The notes: generated from the sequence alone by a model not told the origin. A DNA stretch of 64,000 nt from an uncultured Acidobacteriaceae bacterium (GCA_963788905.1 CAWBIO010000008.1:129022-193021); one strand, 5' to 3'. Positions 30,027 to 42,973 are shown, numbered from the stretch's first letter. Translations and numbers: made by a program.

Positions 30027-30557
30027 ATGCGGCTTCTGCGCAGTCCACTTGTTATCTGCTGTGTAAGTTTCGCCTCCCTGGCCATGCGCGCGCAGCCAGC
30101 CCCCTCGGCTCTGCCGCCGCAGGGTTTCCAGTTTGTCGGCACATGGGACTGCGAAGGCAGTTTTCGTAACGCCCAGGTGCACAAATCCACGTTTACCGGG
30201 GCCATTGTGGTTGGAGGCAAATGGCTGGAACTGACTGAGCAGGATGTGCAGCCCGCGACCGGATATGTGGCCAAATATCTGATTGGATACGACGCGGATC
30301 AGAAGCAACTGGTCGAGTTCGATGCGAACAATTTCAGCGCAGCCACTTATTCGAGCCACGATGGATGGAAGGGCGGAGTTCTGACGATGACCTCTCCCAT
30401 CTCTCGAAATGAGAAAGCGCCTTATGCCGCCAACCGTTTCGTTTACTCTATTGCCGGTCCCGACAGCTTCACGGTCGACTGGCAGATCAGCAAAACGGAG
30501 ACGCTTGACTGGGTCGAGGCCGATCATCTGGCCTGCAGGCGGCGGGCAAAAGGCTAG
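30027..30557 (+). CDS. Secreted hypothetical protein (DUF1579-like)
   Basis: 176-aa ORF. Signal peptide MRLLRSPLVICCVSFASLAMRAQ. It has coding-like composition. The family call is weak. Confidence 0.65.
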   Translation: MRLLRSPLVICCVSFASLAMRAQPAPSALPPQGFQFVGTWDCEGSFRNAQVHKSTFTGAIVVGGKWLELTEQDVQPATGYVAKYLIGYDADQKQLVEFDANNFSAATYSSHDGWKGGVLTMTSPISRNEKAPYAANRFVYSIAGPDSFTVDWQISKTETLDWVEADHLACRRRAKG

Positions 30558-30652
30558 AAAACCGGGGACCGCGTGAATCTGTAACCTTGCGGTGGCGCAA
30601 TTGATCTAATCGTGATGCACGACTTCTTCGATTCAGAGAAAATGGCTGCGCA

Positions 30653-33069
30653 ATGACCGACCCCAGTTCGCGATACCGATGGCTGGATGGCCAGGGTCCG
30701 GCTTTTGGCGCGCCGGGCCTCGAGCCGCGCTGGACTTCAAGCGCCAAGGACGCGGTGGCCACGGCCTACGCAGCCTCGAGCAAGATCTGGTTCACGGTTT
30801 CGCACGGCATCCTGAACGAGATTTACTCTCCCACCATCGATCGGCCGCAGATCCGCGACATGGAGTTCCTCATCACGGATGGGGAGACGTTTTTCCACGA
30901 AGAGCGGCGCGACCTGATCCACGAATTCGACTACATCGATTCCGATGCGCTGGCGGTCTGCGTCCACAACCGGGATCGCGAAGGCCGTTACACGCTGGTG
31001 CGGAAGATGATCAGCGATCCGCACTGTCCGGTGGTGCTGGTGCATGTGCGGCTCGAGGGCGATGAGGAGTTGCTGGACCGGCTGCATGTATACGCGCTGC
31101 TCTCGCCGCACCTGGAGGGCGGCGGGATGGGCAATTCCGCGCGAGTGGTGGACGTAGCCGGCAAACGGGTGGTGCTGGCGTGGAAGGAGAACATGTCGCT
31201 GGCGATGAGTGCGGACTGTGGTTTCAGCCGCGCCAGCTGTGGATATGTGGGGGCGAGCGACGGCTGGCAGGACCTGAAGCAGAACTTCAAAATGGACTGG
31301 GAATTCGGGTCGGCACTTAACGGCAACATCGCTGTCATGGGCGAGATTCCAATGCACACGCGGGAGTTCACGCTGGCCATCGGATTGGGGGAAGGGCATC
31401 ACGCCGCGCTGGCGGCGATGGCGGGATCGTTGGCGATGCCATTCGAGGAACATCTGTCGCGCTTCATCGAACAATGGCATCGGGTGGCAACGCCGAAGGA
31501 GCTGGCCGAGCATTCGGGAGATGGCGGAAGGTTGCTGCAGATCAGCCATAACGAGGTGCTGGCCCACGAGGACAAGACCTACGGCGGAGCGTTCATTGCG
31601 TCCGCGTCGATTCCGTGGGGCTATGCCAAGGGCGACGACGATCTGGGCGGGTACCACCTGGTGTGGACCCGCGATATGGTGCAGACGGCGACGGCGCTGA
31701 TGGCCTGCGGGCGGATGGAGACGGCGCTGAGTGCGCTCGTTTATCTGGCCTGCACGCAGATGCCGGACGGAGGGTTCTCGCAGAATTTCTGGGTAAACGG
31801 CGATCCCTACTGGACGGGGATCCAGCTGGACGAGGTTGCGTTTCCCATCATCCTGGCGTGGCGGCTTTGGAAGCGCGATGCGCTGGGCAATTTTCCCGTC
31901 TTTCCGTTTGTCGAGCGCGCGGCGGGCTTTCTGGTGCGCTATGCGCCGGTAACGCAGCAGGAACGCTGGGAAGAGGCGGCGGGATATTCGCCATCGACGA
32001 TGGCCGCAGTGATTGCGGGGCTGATCTGCGCGGCGGACCTGGCGCGAGCGCATGACGCACCGGAGCTGGCAGGTTTTCTGGAACAGCATGCCGACTGGGC
32101 CGAGAGCCACCTGGAAGACTGGACGGTGACCAACAATGGCGTGCTCGATCCGGAGGTGAAACGGCACTACATGCGAATTCGGCCGCCGGAGTGCGGGGAG
32201 CCCTATGCGCATGAAGAATGCGGGAAAGAAATGGTCCACATCAACAACCTTCCTCCTGGTCGAGCAGTCGGAATTTGAGGCGCGGGAGATTGTGGATGCC
32301 GGATTTCTGGAACTGGTTCGTTACGGGATTCGGCGGGCGGACGATCCGCTGATTGTGGATTCGCTGAAGGTGGTGGATCGGGTGTTGAAGGTGGAGACGC
32401 CGAAGGGTCCATGCTGGCGGCGTTACAACCACGATGGCTATGGGCAACGAGAAGACGGCGGGCCATTCCTGGGGTGGGGAAAGGGGCACGCGTGGCCGCT
32501 GCTGGTGGGCGAACGGGCGCACTACGAGCTGGCGGCGGGGCGCGACGTTGGTGGGCTGATTAGGACGATTGAGAACTTCGCCTCGAGCGGAGGCATGCTG
32601 CCGGAGCAGATCTGGGACGAGCCCGACTGCAACGGACTGGTGCTGGGAGGGCCGGCGGGGTCGGCGATGCCGCTGGTGTGGGCGCATTCGGAGTACCTGA
32701 AGCTGCTGCGCTCGACGCATGATGGCCGTGGTTTTCGATCTGATCCCGGTGGTGGAGCAGCGATACGCACAAGAGAACCATCCGCCGAGCCGGATCGAGG
32801 TGTTCAAGATTCGGCGTCAGATCCGGCAGATGCCGGCGGGCAAGAATCTTAGGATTACCTCAGCCTCGCGCTTCCAGGTGACCTGGACGCCGGACAACTG
32901 GAAGACCACGAACCACCTGGACAGCACCCAGGTGGGCTTCGCCGGATCGTATGCCGATCTGCCGACCAGCCCGGAGCAAAGGGGCGCGCTTTCCTTTACT
33001 CTGTTCTGGCCGGACGAGAATCGATGGGAAGGCCGCAATTTTGAAGTGGAACTGGAGCCGCCTTCCTGA
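30653..33069 (+). pseudogene. GH15 glucoamylase / glucodextranase-type enzyme, two frameshifts
   Basis: Three consecutive ORFs in different frames: 30653..32278, 32205..32852 and 32719..33069. Together they form one collinear GH15 protein (...RWTSSAKDAV...WTRDMVQTA...; ...EQSEFEAREIVDAGFLELVRYG...PLVWAHSEYLKLLRS...; ...VFDLIPVVEQRY...WTPDNWKTT...). Junctions lie at about 32255-32265 and 32720-32733. Confidence 0.88.
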
Positions 33070-33180
33070 GACGGCGGTCGCGTTTGCGTCATCCAAAGGA
33101 TGAGAGCGAGAATCAAGATTGATCGTCCGGTGGTTCCCACCGTTTCCACGCAGCCAACCCACGAAGGAGAAGCGAGGACT

Positions 33181-35202
33181 ATGAACGAACTCGACCAGTT
33201 GTCGATTAACGCCCTGCGGTTTTTGGCCGTTGATGCGGTGGAGAAGGCGAACAGCGGGCATCCGGGAGCGCCGCTGGGGGACGCGCCGATCGCGTATCTG
33301 CTGTTTCACAAATACATGCGCCACAATCCGAAGCACTCAAAGTGGACGAATCGCGACCGCTTTGTGCTTTCGAACGGGCATGCGTCGGCAATGCTTTACG
33401 GAGTGCTGCACCTGACCGGCTACGAGCTGACCATCGACGATCTGAAGCAGTTCCGGCAATGGGGATCGAGGACGCCCGGGCACCCGGAGTACGGCGACAC
33501 CGACGGCGTGGAAGTGACGACCGGCCCGCTGGGGCAGGGATTTGCGATGGGCGTGGGCATGGCCATGGCGGAGAGGCATCTGGCTGCGCAGTTCAACCGC
33601 CCAGGCTTCGACGTGGTCGATCACTACACCTACGGGATGTGTGGCGACGGCGATCTGATGGAAGGCGTCTCGCACGAGGCGGCGTCGCTGGCCGGGACGC
33701 TTGGGCTGGGCAAGCTGATTTACCTGTACGACGACAATCTCATCTCGCTCGACGGACCGACGGAGCTTTCCTTTACTGAAGATGTGCTGAAGCGCTTTGA
33801 GGCCTACCACTGGCATGTGCAGATTGTGCAGGACGGCAACGACCTTGAGGGGATTTCGAAGGCGATTGAAGCGGCGCAGGCTGTGAAAGACAAGCCATCG
33901 CTGATTGCGGTGCGGACTGTGATCGGGTACGGCAGCCCAAAAGCCGGGACCAACAAGGCGCATGGCGAGGCACTGGGCGCTGAAGCGGTGAAGCAGACGA
34001 AGAAAAATCTGAACTGGCCCGAGGACAAAACATTCTGGGTTCCCGAAGATGCTGCGAAGAACTGGCTGCAGGCCGTGGACCGCGGAGCAAAGGAAGAGTC
34101 GGACTGGAACGCGCTGTTCGCCAAATATAAGAAGGAGTTCCCGGACCTGGCGGTGGAGTATGAGCGGGTTCAGGAGGGCCGCCTGAAGGATGGATGGGCG
34201 CAGAGCCTGCCCCAGTTCCCGGCAGACAGCAAGCAGGTTGCAACGCGTTCGGCTGGCAACACTGTGATGAACGCCTTTGCGAAATATGTGCCGGAGCTGT
34301 TCGGCGGCGCAGCCGATCTCTCGACTTCAACCAAGACGGTGATCAAAGACAGTGCGAATTTCCATCTCGATCCGAAGGGAGACAACATTTATTTCGGCGT
34401 GAGGGAATTCGGGATGTGCGCCATGGTGAACGGCATGGCCGCGCACGGCGGGCTGATCCCATATGGCTCGACCTTCTTTGTGTTCAGCGATTATGCCAAG
34501 CCGGCAATCCGTATGGCGGCACTGATGAACGTGCACTCGATTTTCGTGTTCACGCACGATTCGATTGGGCTGGGTGAGGACGGACCGACACATCAGCCGG
34601 TAGAGCAGCTGACGATGTTGCGGGCGGTTCCACGTCTGACCGATTTTCGCCCAGCGGACGCGAATGAAACGTCGGCGGCGTGGGGACTCGCGCTGGAGCG
34701 GAAGGGTCCGGCATTCATGGCGTTCTCGCGGCAGGATTTGCCGATCCTCGATCCAGTGAAGTATCGCGTTTTCGAGGGCGTGCGCAAGGGAGCCTACATT
34801 GTGGAGCCGGGCAGCGATTCGCCCGATCTGCTGATTGTGGGCACGGGCGCGGAGTTGTGGCCGGCAATACGCGCCGCAGAACAGCTGAAAAAGGACGGAA
34901 TTGTGACGCGGGTAGTCTCCATGCCCAGCACCCACATTTTCGAGGAGCAATCCGACAGCTACAAAGCGTCGATCTTCCCCGATCACCTGCCCAAGCTGGC
35001 GATCGAGGCCGGGGCGACGCTGGGGTGGTGGAAATACGTTGGCCGTGACGGCGATGTGATTGGCCTCGATCGGTTCGGGGCATCGGCCCCCGGAGTAACG
35101 GTGCTGGAGAAACTGGGCTTCGGAACGGATAACGTAGTCGCCCGGGCGAAGGCTCTGGTGGAGCGGGCGCGCAAAGCCGAGCCGGCGCTGGCGGGGAAGT
35201 AA
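33181..35202 (+). CDS. tkt: Transketolase
   Basis: ORF 33100..35202. Start set at ATG 33181 (GAAGGAGA upstream). Motifs: [38 protein letters not shown]. Confidence 0.95.
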   Translation: MNELDQLSINALRFLAVDAVEKANSGHPGAPLGDAPIAYLLFHKYMRHNPKHSKWTNRDRFVLSNGHASAMLYGVLHLTGYELTIDDLKQFRQWGSRTPGHPEYGDTDGVEVTTGPLGQGFAMGVGMAMAERHLAAQFNRPGFDVVDHYTYGMCGDGDLMEGVSHEAASLAGTLGLGKLIYLYDDNLISLDGPTELSFTEDVLKRFEAYHWHVQIVQDGNDLEGISKAIEAAQAVKDKPSLIAVRTVIGYGSPKAGTNKAHGEALGAEAVKQTKKNLNWPEDKTFWVPEDAAKNWLQAVDRGAKEESDWNALFAKYKKEFPDLAVEYERVQEGRLKDGWAQSLPQFPADSKQVATRSAGNTVMNAFAKYVPELFGGAADLSTSTKTVIKDSANFHLDPKGDNIYFGVREFGMCAMVNGMAAHGGLIPYGSTFFVFSDYAKPAIRMAALMNVHSIFVFTHDSIGLGEDGPTHQPVEQLTMLRAVPRLTDFRPADANETSAAWGLALERKGPAFMAFSRQDLPILDPVKYRVFEGVRKGAYIVEPGSDSPDLLIVGTGAELWPAIRAAEQLKKDGIVTRVVSMPSTHIFEEQSDSYKASIFPDHLPKLAIEAGATLGWWKYVGRDGDVIGLDRFGASAPGVTVLEKLGFGTDNVVARAKALVERARKAEPALAGK

Positions 35203-35204
35203 TC

Positions 35205-35675
35205 ATGAAGCTGGCGATTGCGGCAGATCACGCAGGGTATCTTCTCAAGGAAGAAGTTCGGGGTTATCTGGAGCGGCTGGGGCACGAGGTCATCGACCTT
35301 GGAGCGTTCAACACTGAGCCTTCGGATTATCCGGATTTTGCCGAGGCAGTGGGGCGGGCGCTGCAGGCGGGCCGGGCCGAACGCGGGATTCTGATTTGCG
35401 GCAGCGGTGTAGGCGTATGCGTGGCCGCCAACAAGATGCCGGGCATCCGCGCGTGCATGTGCCACGATCACTACTCCGCGCACCAGGGCGTAGAGCACGA
35501 CGACATGAACGTTCTGGTTCTGGGCGCGAGGATCATCGGCCAGGAGCTCGCATTCGACCTGGTGGCAGCATTTCTTGACGCAAAGTTCCAGTCGCAGGAA
35601 GAACGATTCGTGCGGCGGCTCAACAAAGTGAAGGCAATCGAATCTCGTAACATGCGGGAAACAGGAAAGCCCTAA
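35205..35675 (+). CDS. rpiB: Ribose-5-phosphate isomerase B
   Basis: 156-aa [21 protein letters not shown]...[16 protein letters not shown]..., the RpiB/LacAB family. Confidence 0.92.
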   Translation: MKLAIAADHAGYLLKEEVRGYLERLGHEVIDLGAFNTEPSDYPDFAEAVGRALQAGRAERGILICGSGVGVCVAANKMPGIRACMCHDHYSAHQGVEHDDMNVLVLGARIIGQELAFDLVAAFLDAKFQSQEERFVRRLNKVKAIESRNMRETGKP

Positions 35676-35738
35676 AATTCCACCAGTCCCCAGGGTTCTC
35701 GAGTTCCGCAAGGCCAACAATTCAACCATGGAGATGCC

Positions 35739-36443
35739 ATGGACGGCATCAGCACCATTCTGTTCGATATCGGCGGCGTCCTGCTGACCAATGGCTGGGA
35801 TCGGCAGCAGCGCGATGCGGTGCTGGAGCGCTTTGGCCTGGATTCGGCTGAATTCGAGCCTCGTCACGCGGAGGTGGATCAGGCGTGGGAAAGAGACGAG
35901 ATCAGCGCTGACGATTATCTGAAGCAGACGGTTTTTTATAAAGCGCGCAGTTTTACCCCTGCCGAGTTTCTCGATGCCATGAAGGAGCAGTCGAAGGTGC
36001 TCCCCGACAGCGGTCTGGGAATCCTTCGTCAGCTGTCCGCATCGGAAGACTATGTGCTGGCAACGGTGAACAATGAAGCGCGCGCGATGAACGAATACCG
36101 GCTCAGAAAGTTCAATCTTCTGGACGAGTTCGACGCGTTTTTCAGCTCCTGCTACCTGGGAGTGCGGAAGCCGGACCGGAGAATCTATCAGATTGCACTG
36201 GATGTGCTGGAGCGCGATCCGGAGCACGCGGTTTTTATCGACGATCGCCCGGAAAATGTGGCCGCTGCGGCGTCGCTGGGAATTCATGCGATCCGCTACG
36301 AAGGTTCCGTCAAGCTGGCGGACGATCTCGCGCGTCTGGGGGTCTGTGCCGGAGCCGGATCGATTTCACAGACTGAAAGTGCAACAAGCTTAGGTTTGGT
36401 GAGCGCAGCGAATTCCGGAGTGAAAGTTGAGGAGGATGGAGCG
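35739..36443 (+). CDS. HAD-superfamily (subfamily IA) hydrolase, no in-frame stop before gnd
   Basis: The first 235 codons of ORF 35739..37364. Motifs: ILFDIGGVL, VRKPD, FIDDRPENV. It reads in frame into the gnd ATG at 36444. Confidence 0.7.
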
Positions 36444-37364
<921 letters not shown>

Positions 37365-37406
37365 GCAATTCGCGCGAACACCGGGCAGGGTCGAAAGGGG
37401 AACTCG

Positions 37407-38959
37407 ATGGCGACAACCGAAGTGAGGATTTCTCCGGAGGACGTGAAACAGGCTGCGTCCCAGGTGAAGGAACGCATTCCCGAGCCGACCGCGGTGGTCA
37501 TTTTCGGGGCTTCGGGCGACCTGACCAAGCGCAAACTCCTGCCCGCACTCTTCCATCTGGAGCAGGCGGGGCTGCTGCCCGGTCATTTCCGCATCGTGGG
37601 CGTGGCGCGCCGCGATCTGGGCAGAGCTTCGCCGACGATATGCGCCAGGGAATCGTGCAGTTCGGCGGGGTCGACAAGGCAGACGCGAAGCTGGATGAAT
37701 TCATCGGCAAGGTCGGCTACCACGCGATGGATTTCGACAACGATCAGGGCTACCAGGCGCTGAAGTCCCTGCTGGAGCAATGTGACCGCGATAATGGCAC
37801 GCGCGGCAACCGGCTCTTCTACCTGGCGACCGCGCCGGATTACTTCGCCGACATCGTGCATCGCCTGGGCACGCACGGCATGGCGAAGCCGGAAGTGGGC
37901 ACGGTGCGGATCATCATCGAGAAGCCCTTCGGGCACGATCTGGAGAGCGCGAAGGAACTGAACGACGACGTCGACACCGTCTTCAGCGAGAGCCAGATTT
38001 TCCGGATCGATCACTACCTCGGCAAGGAAACCGTGCAGAACGTGCTGGTGTTCCGGTTTGCCAACGGGATATTCGAGCCGATCTGGAATCGCAATCTCGT
38101 GGATCACGTGCAGATCACCGCGGCCGAGAGCATCGGGATCGAGGGACGCGGGCCTTTCTATGAAAAGGCCGGGGCTCTGCGCGATGTGGTGCAGAACCAC
38201 ATGATGGAGCTGCTCTCGTTTGTGGCCATGGAGCCGCCAGCGAACTTTGGCGCCGACGCGGTGCGCCGCGAAAAGATCAAGCTGTGGAACTCAATTAAAC
38301 CCATCAACATTTTCGACTGCGTGCGCGGCCAGTACGGTCCCGGCATCGTGGACGACCAGATGGTCAAGGGATACCGCGAAGAAGATCGCGTGGACCCAAA
38401 GTCGCAGACCGAAACTTATGCAGCGCTGCGGCTGGAGATCGACAACTGGCGCTGGGCGGGCGTTCCGTTCTATCTGCGGGCCGGCAAGCGGCTGGCCAGC
38501 CGGGTGACCGAGATTACAGTGCAATTCAAGCAACCGCCAATGTTACTTTTTGGCGCGCATATGCACGGGCCGTGCACCGACATTCAGCCCAACATGATCA
38601 CCATGCGCATCCAGCCGGACGAGGGTATCTCGCTGCGGTTTGGCGCCAAAGCGCCGGGACCGCAGATGGCAGTTTGCCCGGTGATCATGGACTTCAGCTA
38701 CGCGCAGGCGTTTGGGTCGTCATCGGCGAATGGTTATGAGCGGCTGTTGCTGGATGCGATGCTGGGCGATGCGACGCTGTTTGCCCATCGCGAGGGCGTG
38801 GAAACGACGTGGGCGCTTTACACGCCGGTGCTCGACGCCTGGGCGAAGAAGTATCCGCAGACGTTCCCCAACTATGCGGCGGGTACGTGGGGGCCGGAGT
38901 GCGGCGATGAGTTGATTGGCCGCGATGCGCACGTTTGGTATCCGCCGGCCACGCCCTAG
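37407..38959 (+). pseudogene. zwf: Glucose-6-phosphate dehydrogenase, one frameshift
   Basis: ORF 37407..37763 carries the NADP site ([21 protein letters not shown]...[11 protein letters not shown]). ORF 37640..38959 carries ...EKPFGHD...RIDHYLGKE...NHMMELL.... The junction is ...RRDLG | [14 protein letters not shown] at about 37615-37625. Confidence 0.92.
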
Positions 38960-39055
38960 ACGGTTGAGCCCGCAGGTCCACTCTGCCGCGATAGAATGCC
39001 GTTTCGCACCGGAAACGGATTGATGCGTAACTAAGGTCCTTCGCGTACGGCAAAA

Positions 39056-39856
39056 ATGGCAAAGAACATTCACGTCGAGTACCGCGTCTTCACGGAGCAG
39101 GACGCGTTGTCGCGAGCGACTGCGGAGCGCTTCGTTCAGGGAATTCAGACTGCTGTCTCGGCGCGAGGGATCGCGCGCATCGCGATTTCGGGCGGCGGGA
39201 GCCCCAAGCCGGTCTTCTCGCTGCTGGCCGATCCTCGGGAGCCGTATCGCGCCGCAATTCCCTGGGATAAGCTGTGGATCTTCTGGGTTGACGAGCGCTG
39301 CGTCCCTCCGGAGAACGCCGACAGCAACTTTGGTGTGGCATGCGAGCTTCTGCTGGACCGGGTTCCGCTGCCGCCGGAGCATGCCATCCGCATCGAGGGC
39401 GAGTTGGATCCTGAACAGGCAGCGGCACGCTATGAGTCGGCGATTCGCGGGCATTTTCGGCTGGAGGGCGCGCAGGGTCCGGTCTTCGATGTACTGCAGC
39501 TGGGCATGGGCGATGACGGCCATTGCGCCTCGCTGTTTCCCCACACCGCGGCGTTGCATGAGATGATCCGCATCGCGATTGCAAACCACGTGCCGCAGCA
39601 GAAGCAGAGCTGGCGTGTGACCCTGACCTGGCCGGTGATCAACGCAGCCCGCGATGTATTTTTCCTGATCGATGGGGCGTCGAAAGCCGATCCGCTGGGC
39701 CGCGTGCTGCGCGGACCTTACGATCCGGAGACGCTGCCTTCGCAGCTGATCCAGCCGCAGAACGGACGGCTGCTGTTTTTGTTGGATACCGCGGCGGCCG
39801 CGCATTTGCCCGCGCCGGGCGCCGATGGTGTGGGAACGCTGGAGATCCAACGATGA
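39056..39856 (+). CDS. pgl: 6-phosphogluconolactonase
   Basis: 266-aa ORF. ...IAISGGGSPKPVF...FWVDERCVP...LQLGMGDDGHCASLFP.... Confidence 0.9.
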   Translation: MAKNIHVEYRVFTEQDALSRATAERFVQGIQTAVSARGIARIAISGGGSPKPVFSLLADPREPYRAAIPWDKLWIFWVDERCVPPENADSNFGVACELLLDRVPLPPEHAIRIEGELDPEQAAARYESAIRGHFRLEGAQGPVFDVLQLGMGDDGHCASLFPHTAALHEMIRIAIANHVPQQKQSWRVTLTWPVINAARDVFFLIDGASKADPLGRVLRGPYDPETLPSQLIQPQNGRLLFLLDTAAAAHLPAPGADGVGTLEIQR

Positions 39857-40875
39857 TTCTCGCCGGTGACGTGGGAGGCACCAAGGTCGATCTGGCTCTC
39901 TACGGATTCGAGCGCCGTCAGCTGGTCCTTGTTCGGGATGAGCGCTTTCCCGCGCATGATTACAGCGGACTGGAAGAAATTGTGCGCCGTTTTCTGACGG
40001 AAAATGCAAACCCGGAAATCACGGCAGCATGTTTTGGAGTGCCGGGTCCGGTGCGCGGCGGGCGGCTCCGCCTCACCAATCTTCCATGGGTGCTGGACAC
40101 CCACGAACTGTCAGCCAGGCTGAACATCGCACATCTTTTTCTTATTAACGATCTGGAAGCGAACGGGTACGGGATTCCGGAACTGACACCGGAACAAATC
40201 CTGGTGCTGAACGACGGTGATGCTTCCGCGGTAGGGCACCAGGCGCTGGTTTCGGCGGGCACTGGCCTCGGAGAAGCCGCACTGGTGTGGAACGGCAAGA
40301 CCCATGTACCGATGGCATCGGAGGGCGGGCACTGCGATTTTGCGCCCCGCAATCAGCTGGAGATCGAGCTGCTGGAATGGCTGATGCAGAAACTCAACGG
40401 GCGCGTCAGCTTCGAGCGCGTGGTGTCAGGCCCGGGATTGACGAACATCTACACCTTCCTGCGGGATGAGAAGCGCATGGAAGAACCTTCGTGGCTCAGA
40501 AAGCAAATGGAGGCCGGTGATCCGAATGCGGTGATCACCGAGGTCGGCGAAGATGGGAAGAGCGCGCTGTGCGCAAAGGCGGTAGGGATGTTCGCGGCGT
40601 CTTACGGCGCCGAGGCCGGCAACATGGCTCTGAAGGTACTTGCCACGGGCGGAATGTATCTGGGCGGCGGCATCGCGCCGAAGATGGTCAAGACGATGCG
40701 CAGCGGGGTATTCATGCAGGCTTTCACTGATAAGGGCCGGTTGAGCGAGCTTCTGGTGGATACGCCGGTGCGCATTATTCTGGAGAGCCGAGCGGCGCTG
40801 ATGGGGGCGGCGGCCTATGCCGAGGCGCGGGCGGCGGAGATCAGCGGGAAGTCGGTGCGGGCCGCGTCGCGGTAG
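39853..40875 (+). CDS. glk: Glucokinase
   Basis: 340-aa ORF with a 4-nt overlap with pgl. MILAGDVGGTKVDLALY...LINDLEANGYG...EGGHCDFAP.... Confidence 0.9.
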   Translation: MILAGDVGGTKVDLALYGFERRQLVLVRDERFPAHDYSGLEEIVRRFLTENANPEITAACFGVPGPVRGGRLRLTNLPWVLDTHELSARLNIAHLFLINDLEANGYGIPELTPEQILVLNDGDASAVGHQALVSAGTGLGEAALVWNGKTHVPMASEGGHCDFAPRNQLEIELLEWLMQKLNGRVSFERVVSGPGLTNIYTFLRDEKRMEEPSWLRKQMEAGDPNAVITEVGEDGKSALCAKAVGMFAASYGAEAGNMALKVLATGGMYLGGGIAPKMVKTMRSGVFMQAFTDKGRLSELLVDTPVRIILESRAALMGAAAYAEARAAEISGKSVRAASR

Positions 40876-40937
40876 TAGCCAGGAAGGTGTTGACGTGATC
40901 CTGATTCGCAGGAAGAGATGATGAGATTGCTGGAGCC

Positions 40938-41294
40938 ATGCCGATGAAACGAGTTCTGGTCGTTGCGTTAATTTTCTTTGGTCTGTTGCTGCTGCCGCGC
41001 CTTGCGCTGGCGCATGCCCACCTGCTTTCCAGTTCCCCTGCCGCGAATGCGACGGTTCACGGACCGGATGTTGCGATCGAGCTGCAATTCAATTCTCGTG
41101 TCGATGGCGTGCACTCGACCCTGGGGCTCGTCACACAGAACGGGTCGGTAACCCTGGTGCGCGACACGCAGCATACGCCGACCACGCTCAATGCACATGC
41201 GACGCTGAAGCCAGGCAACTACACGCTGCGCTGGCAGGCGCTCTCTACCGACGGACACATCACACGCGGTGAGATTCCCTTCAGCGTGCAATAA
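40938..41294 (+). CDS. copC: Copper resistance protein CopC (periplasmic Cu-binding)
   Basis: 118-aa ORF. Signal peptide, then the mature N-terminus HAHLLSSSPA and ...LRWQALSTDGH..., a CopC fold signature. Confidence 0.85.
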   Translation: MPMKRVLVVALIFFGLLLLPRLALAHAHLLSSSPAANATVHGPDVAIELQFNSRVDGVHSTLGLVTQNGSVTLVRDTQHTPTTLNAHATLKPGNYTLRWQALSTDGHITRGEIPFSVQ

Positions 41295-42914
41295 GTGATC
41301 TGGTTCGTCCGCGACTTCGACCTTCTCTCTCTTCTCCTGCGGGCACTTTCCTTCGCGCTGGAGGCGTTGGCCCTCGGCGGCGTCTTCTTTCTGTTCATTT
41401 GTGCACGGCCGGCAGGGCTGGCGCCTGAGGCCCAGCAGCGGCTGCGGCGGACTGCGTCGCGATTTGCGCTGGGCCTCGCGCTGACCCAACTCGCGCTCAT
41501 TGCCACCACCTCGGCCATGCTGACGAACAACTCCGGTATGGGGCTGCGCGATGTAGTGTCCGCGGCTTACTTTGTTGCGGGAATCGTCTTCGCCGCCGCT
41601 GCTCTCGCGATGTCGCTGCTTTTGCGGCTTACCGCAAAGTTGAACCCGGCTGCATTCGCGGGATTGGTGGCCCTCGGTGCGGCGGTTTCGCTCAGCCACG
41701 CCGCGTCGCGCATGGATCATCGGCCGCTGCTTCTGGCTTTCACGGCGGCGCATCATCTCGGCATGGCGGCGTGGATTGGGGGGCTTCCGTTCCTGCTGAT
41801 CGCGTTGCGGCTAAGCGGCAATCCGGATCTTTCGCGGCGGATGGCTCGGCGGTTTTCCACGATGGCAGTGGTCGGCGTCGCAGTGCTTATTCTTGCCGGT
41901 GCAGGCCTCGCGTGGTTCTATGCGGGTTCGTGGGCGGCGCTGTGCGAGACGTCGTACGGAATTCTGCTGTCAGCCAAAATCATGCTCACGGCGCTGATCC
42001 TGGCGTTGGGCGCGGGGAATTTTCTGGCGCTGCGAAAGCTCGAAACCGATCCCGCACCCTTGCTGTTCCGGCTAAGGCGATTCAGCGAGACGGAAATCGG
42101 GCTGGGATTCACGGTGATTCTGGCCGCCGCTTCACTCACTGCACAGTCGCCCTCGGTGGATGAGACGCCGCAGGATACGCTCACCGGGCATCAGGTGATC
42201 GAGAGGATGGAGTGGCGTCGGCCCAGCTTTCGTACGCCGGCGTTTTCCGACTTGGCGCCCCCAACTCCGCTCAGCGTGGCCGTGCGGGAGGCGACGTTTA
42301 CCGGCGGCAGCGCGAGCGATGCGAACGACCGCGCGTGGTCTGACTACAACCACCACTGGGCGGGGCTCATCGTCCTTGCTGCGGGCTTGCTGGCGCTAAT
42401 TGCGCGATTGCCGCATCAGCGGTGGGCGCGCTGGTGGCCGCTGCTGTTTCTTGGGTTATCGGTGTTCATTCTTCTACGCGCCGACCCGGAGTGCTGGCCG
42501 CTGGGGCCGCGTCCGTTCTGGGCAAGTTTTACCGCCCCCGACGTGCTGGAGCATCGGGTGTATGCGCTTCTGATTGGCGTATTCGCAGTTTTTGAGTGGG
42601 GCGTCGAGACGCATCGCCTGCACTGGGCGTGGGCGCGATTTGTTTTTCCGCTGCTGTGCGCGGCTGGCGGAGCCCTTTTGCTGACCCACACTCACGCGCT
42701 GGGCGAAGGAACCGATGAGGTGTTCGCGGAGCTGAGCCACACGCCGATTGCGATCCTTGGTGCTGCTGCCGGATGGGGGAGATGGCTGGAATTGCGTCTC
42801 GACGATGCGGGCGCAACGGTCGAGGAGTCGCGCACAAGCAGATTGGCCGCATGGTTGTGGCCGGTTTGCCTGATCCTGATCGGAGTCCTGCTGCTCAACT
42901 ATCGTGAGTCCTGA
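41295..42914 (+). CDS. copD: CopD-family membrane protein with long C-terminal TM extension
   Basis: 539-aa ORF. GTG start directly after the copC stop. More than 10 TM helices. The N-terminal half is CopD-like by eye. Confidence 0.8.
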   Translation: MIWFVRDFDLLSLLLRALSFALEALALGGVFFLFICARPAGLAPEAQQRLRRTASRFALGLALTQLALIATTSAMLTNNSGMGLRDVVSAAYFVAGIVFAAAALAMSLLLRLTAKLNPAAFAGLVALGAAVSLSHAASRMDHRPLLLAFTAAHHLGMAAWIGGLPFLLIALRLSGNPDLSRRMARRFSTMAVVGVAVLILAGAGLAWFYAGSWAALCETSYGILLSAKIMLTALILALGAGNFLALRKLETDPAPLLFRLRRFSETEIGLGFTVILAAASLTAQSPSVDETPQDTLTGHQVIERMEWRRPSFRTPAFSDLAPPTPLSVAVREATFTGGSASDANDRAWSDYNHHWAGLIVLAAGLLALIARLPHQRWARWWPLLFLGLSVFILLRADPECWPLGPRPFWASFTAPDVLEHRVYALLIGVFAVFEWGVETHRLHWAWARFVFPLLCAAGGALLLTHTHALGEGTDEVFAELSHTPIAILGAAAGWGRWLELRLDDAGATVEESRTSRLAAWLWPVCLILIGVLLLNYRES

Positions 42915-42973
42915 AGTCACCCGAACCTGGTTCGATACTCACCCAGGCCTCCTCGCGCTTCGATAATGGATAC

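Noticed and set aside
30737-32239. 500-aa minus-strand ORF opposite the GH15 gene
   Set aside because: Shadow ORF, Arg/His-rich. The plus strand carries recognisable GH15 sequence.
34983-36287. 434-aa minus-strand ORF opposite tkt 3' end, rpiB and the HAD gene
   Set aside because: It spans three well-supported plus-strand genes and their intergenic gaps. Its sequence is Arg/Leu/His-rich junk.
38720-40009. 429-aa minus-strand ORF opposite zwf/pgl
   Set aside because: Shadow ORF, for the same reasons as the others.
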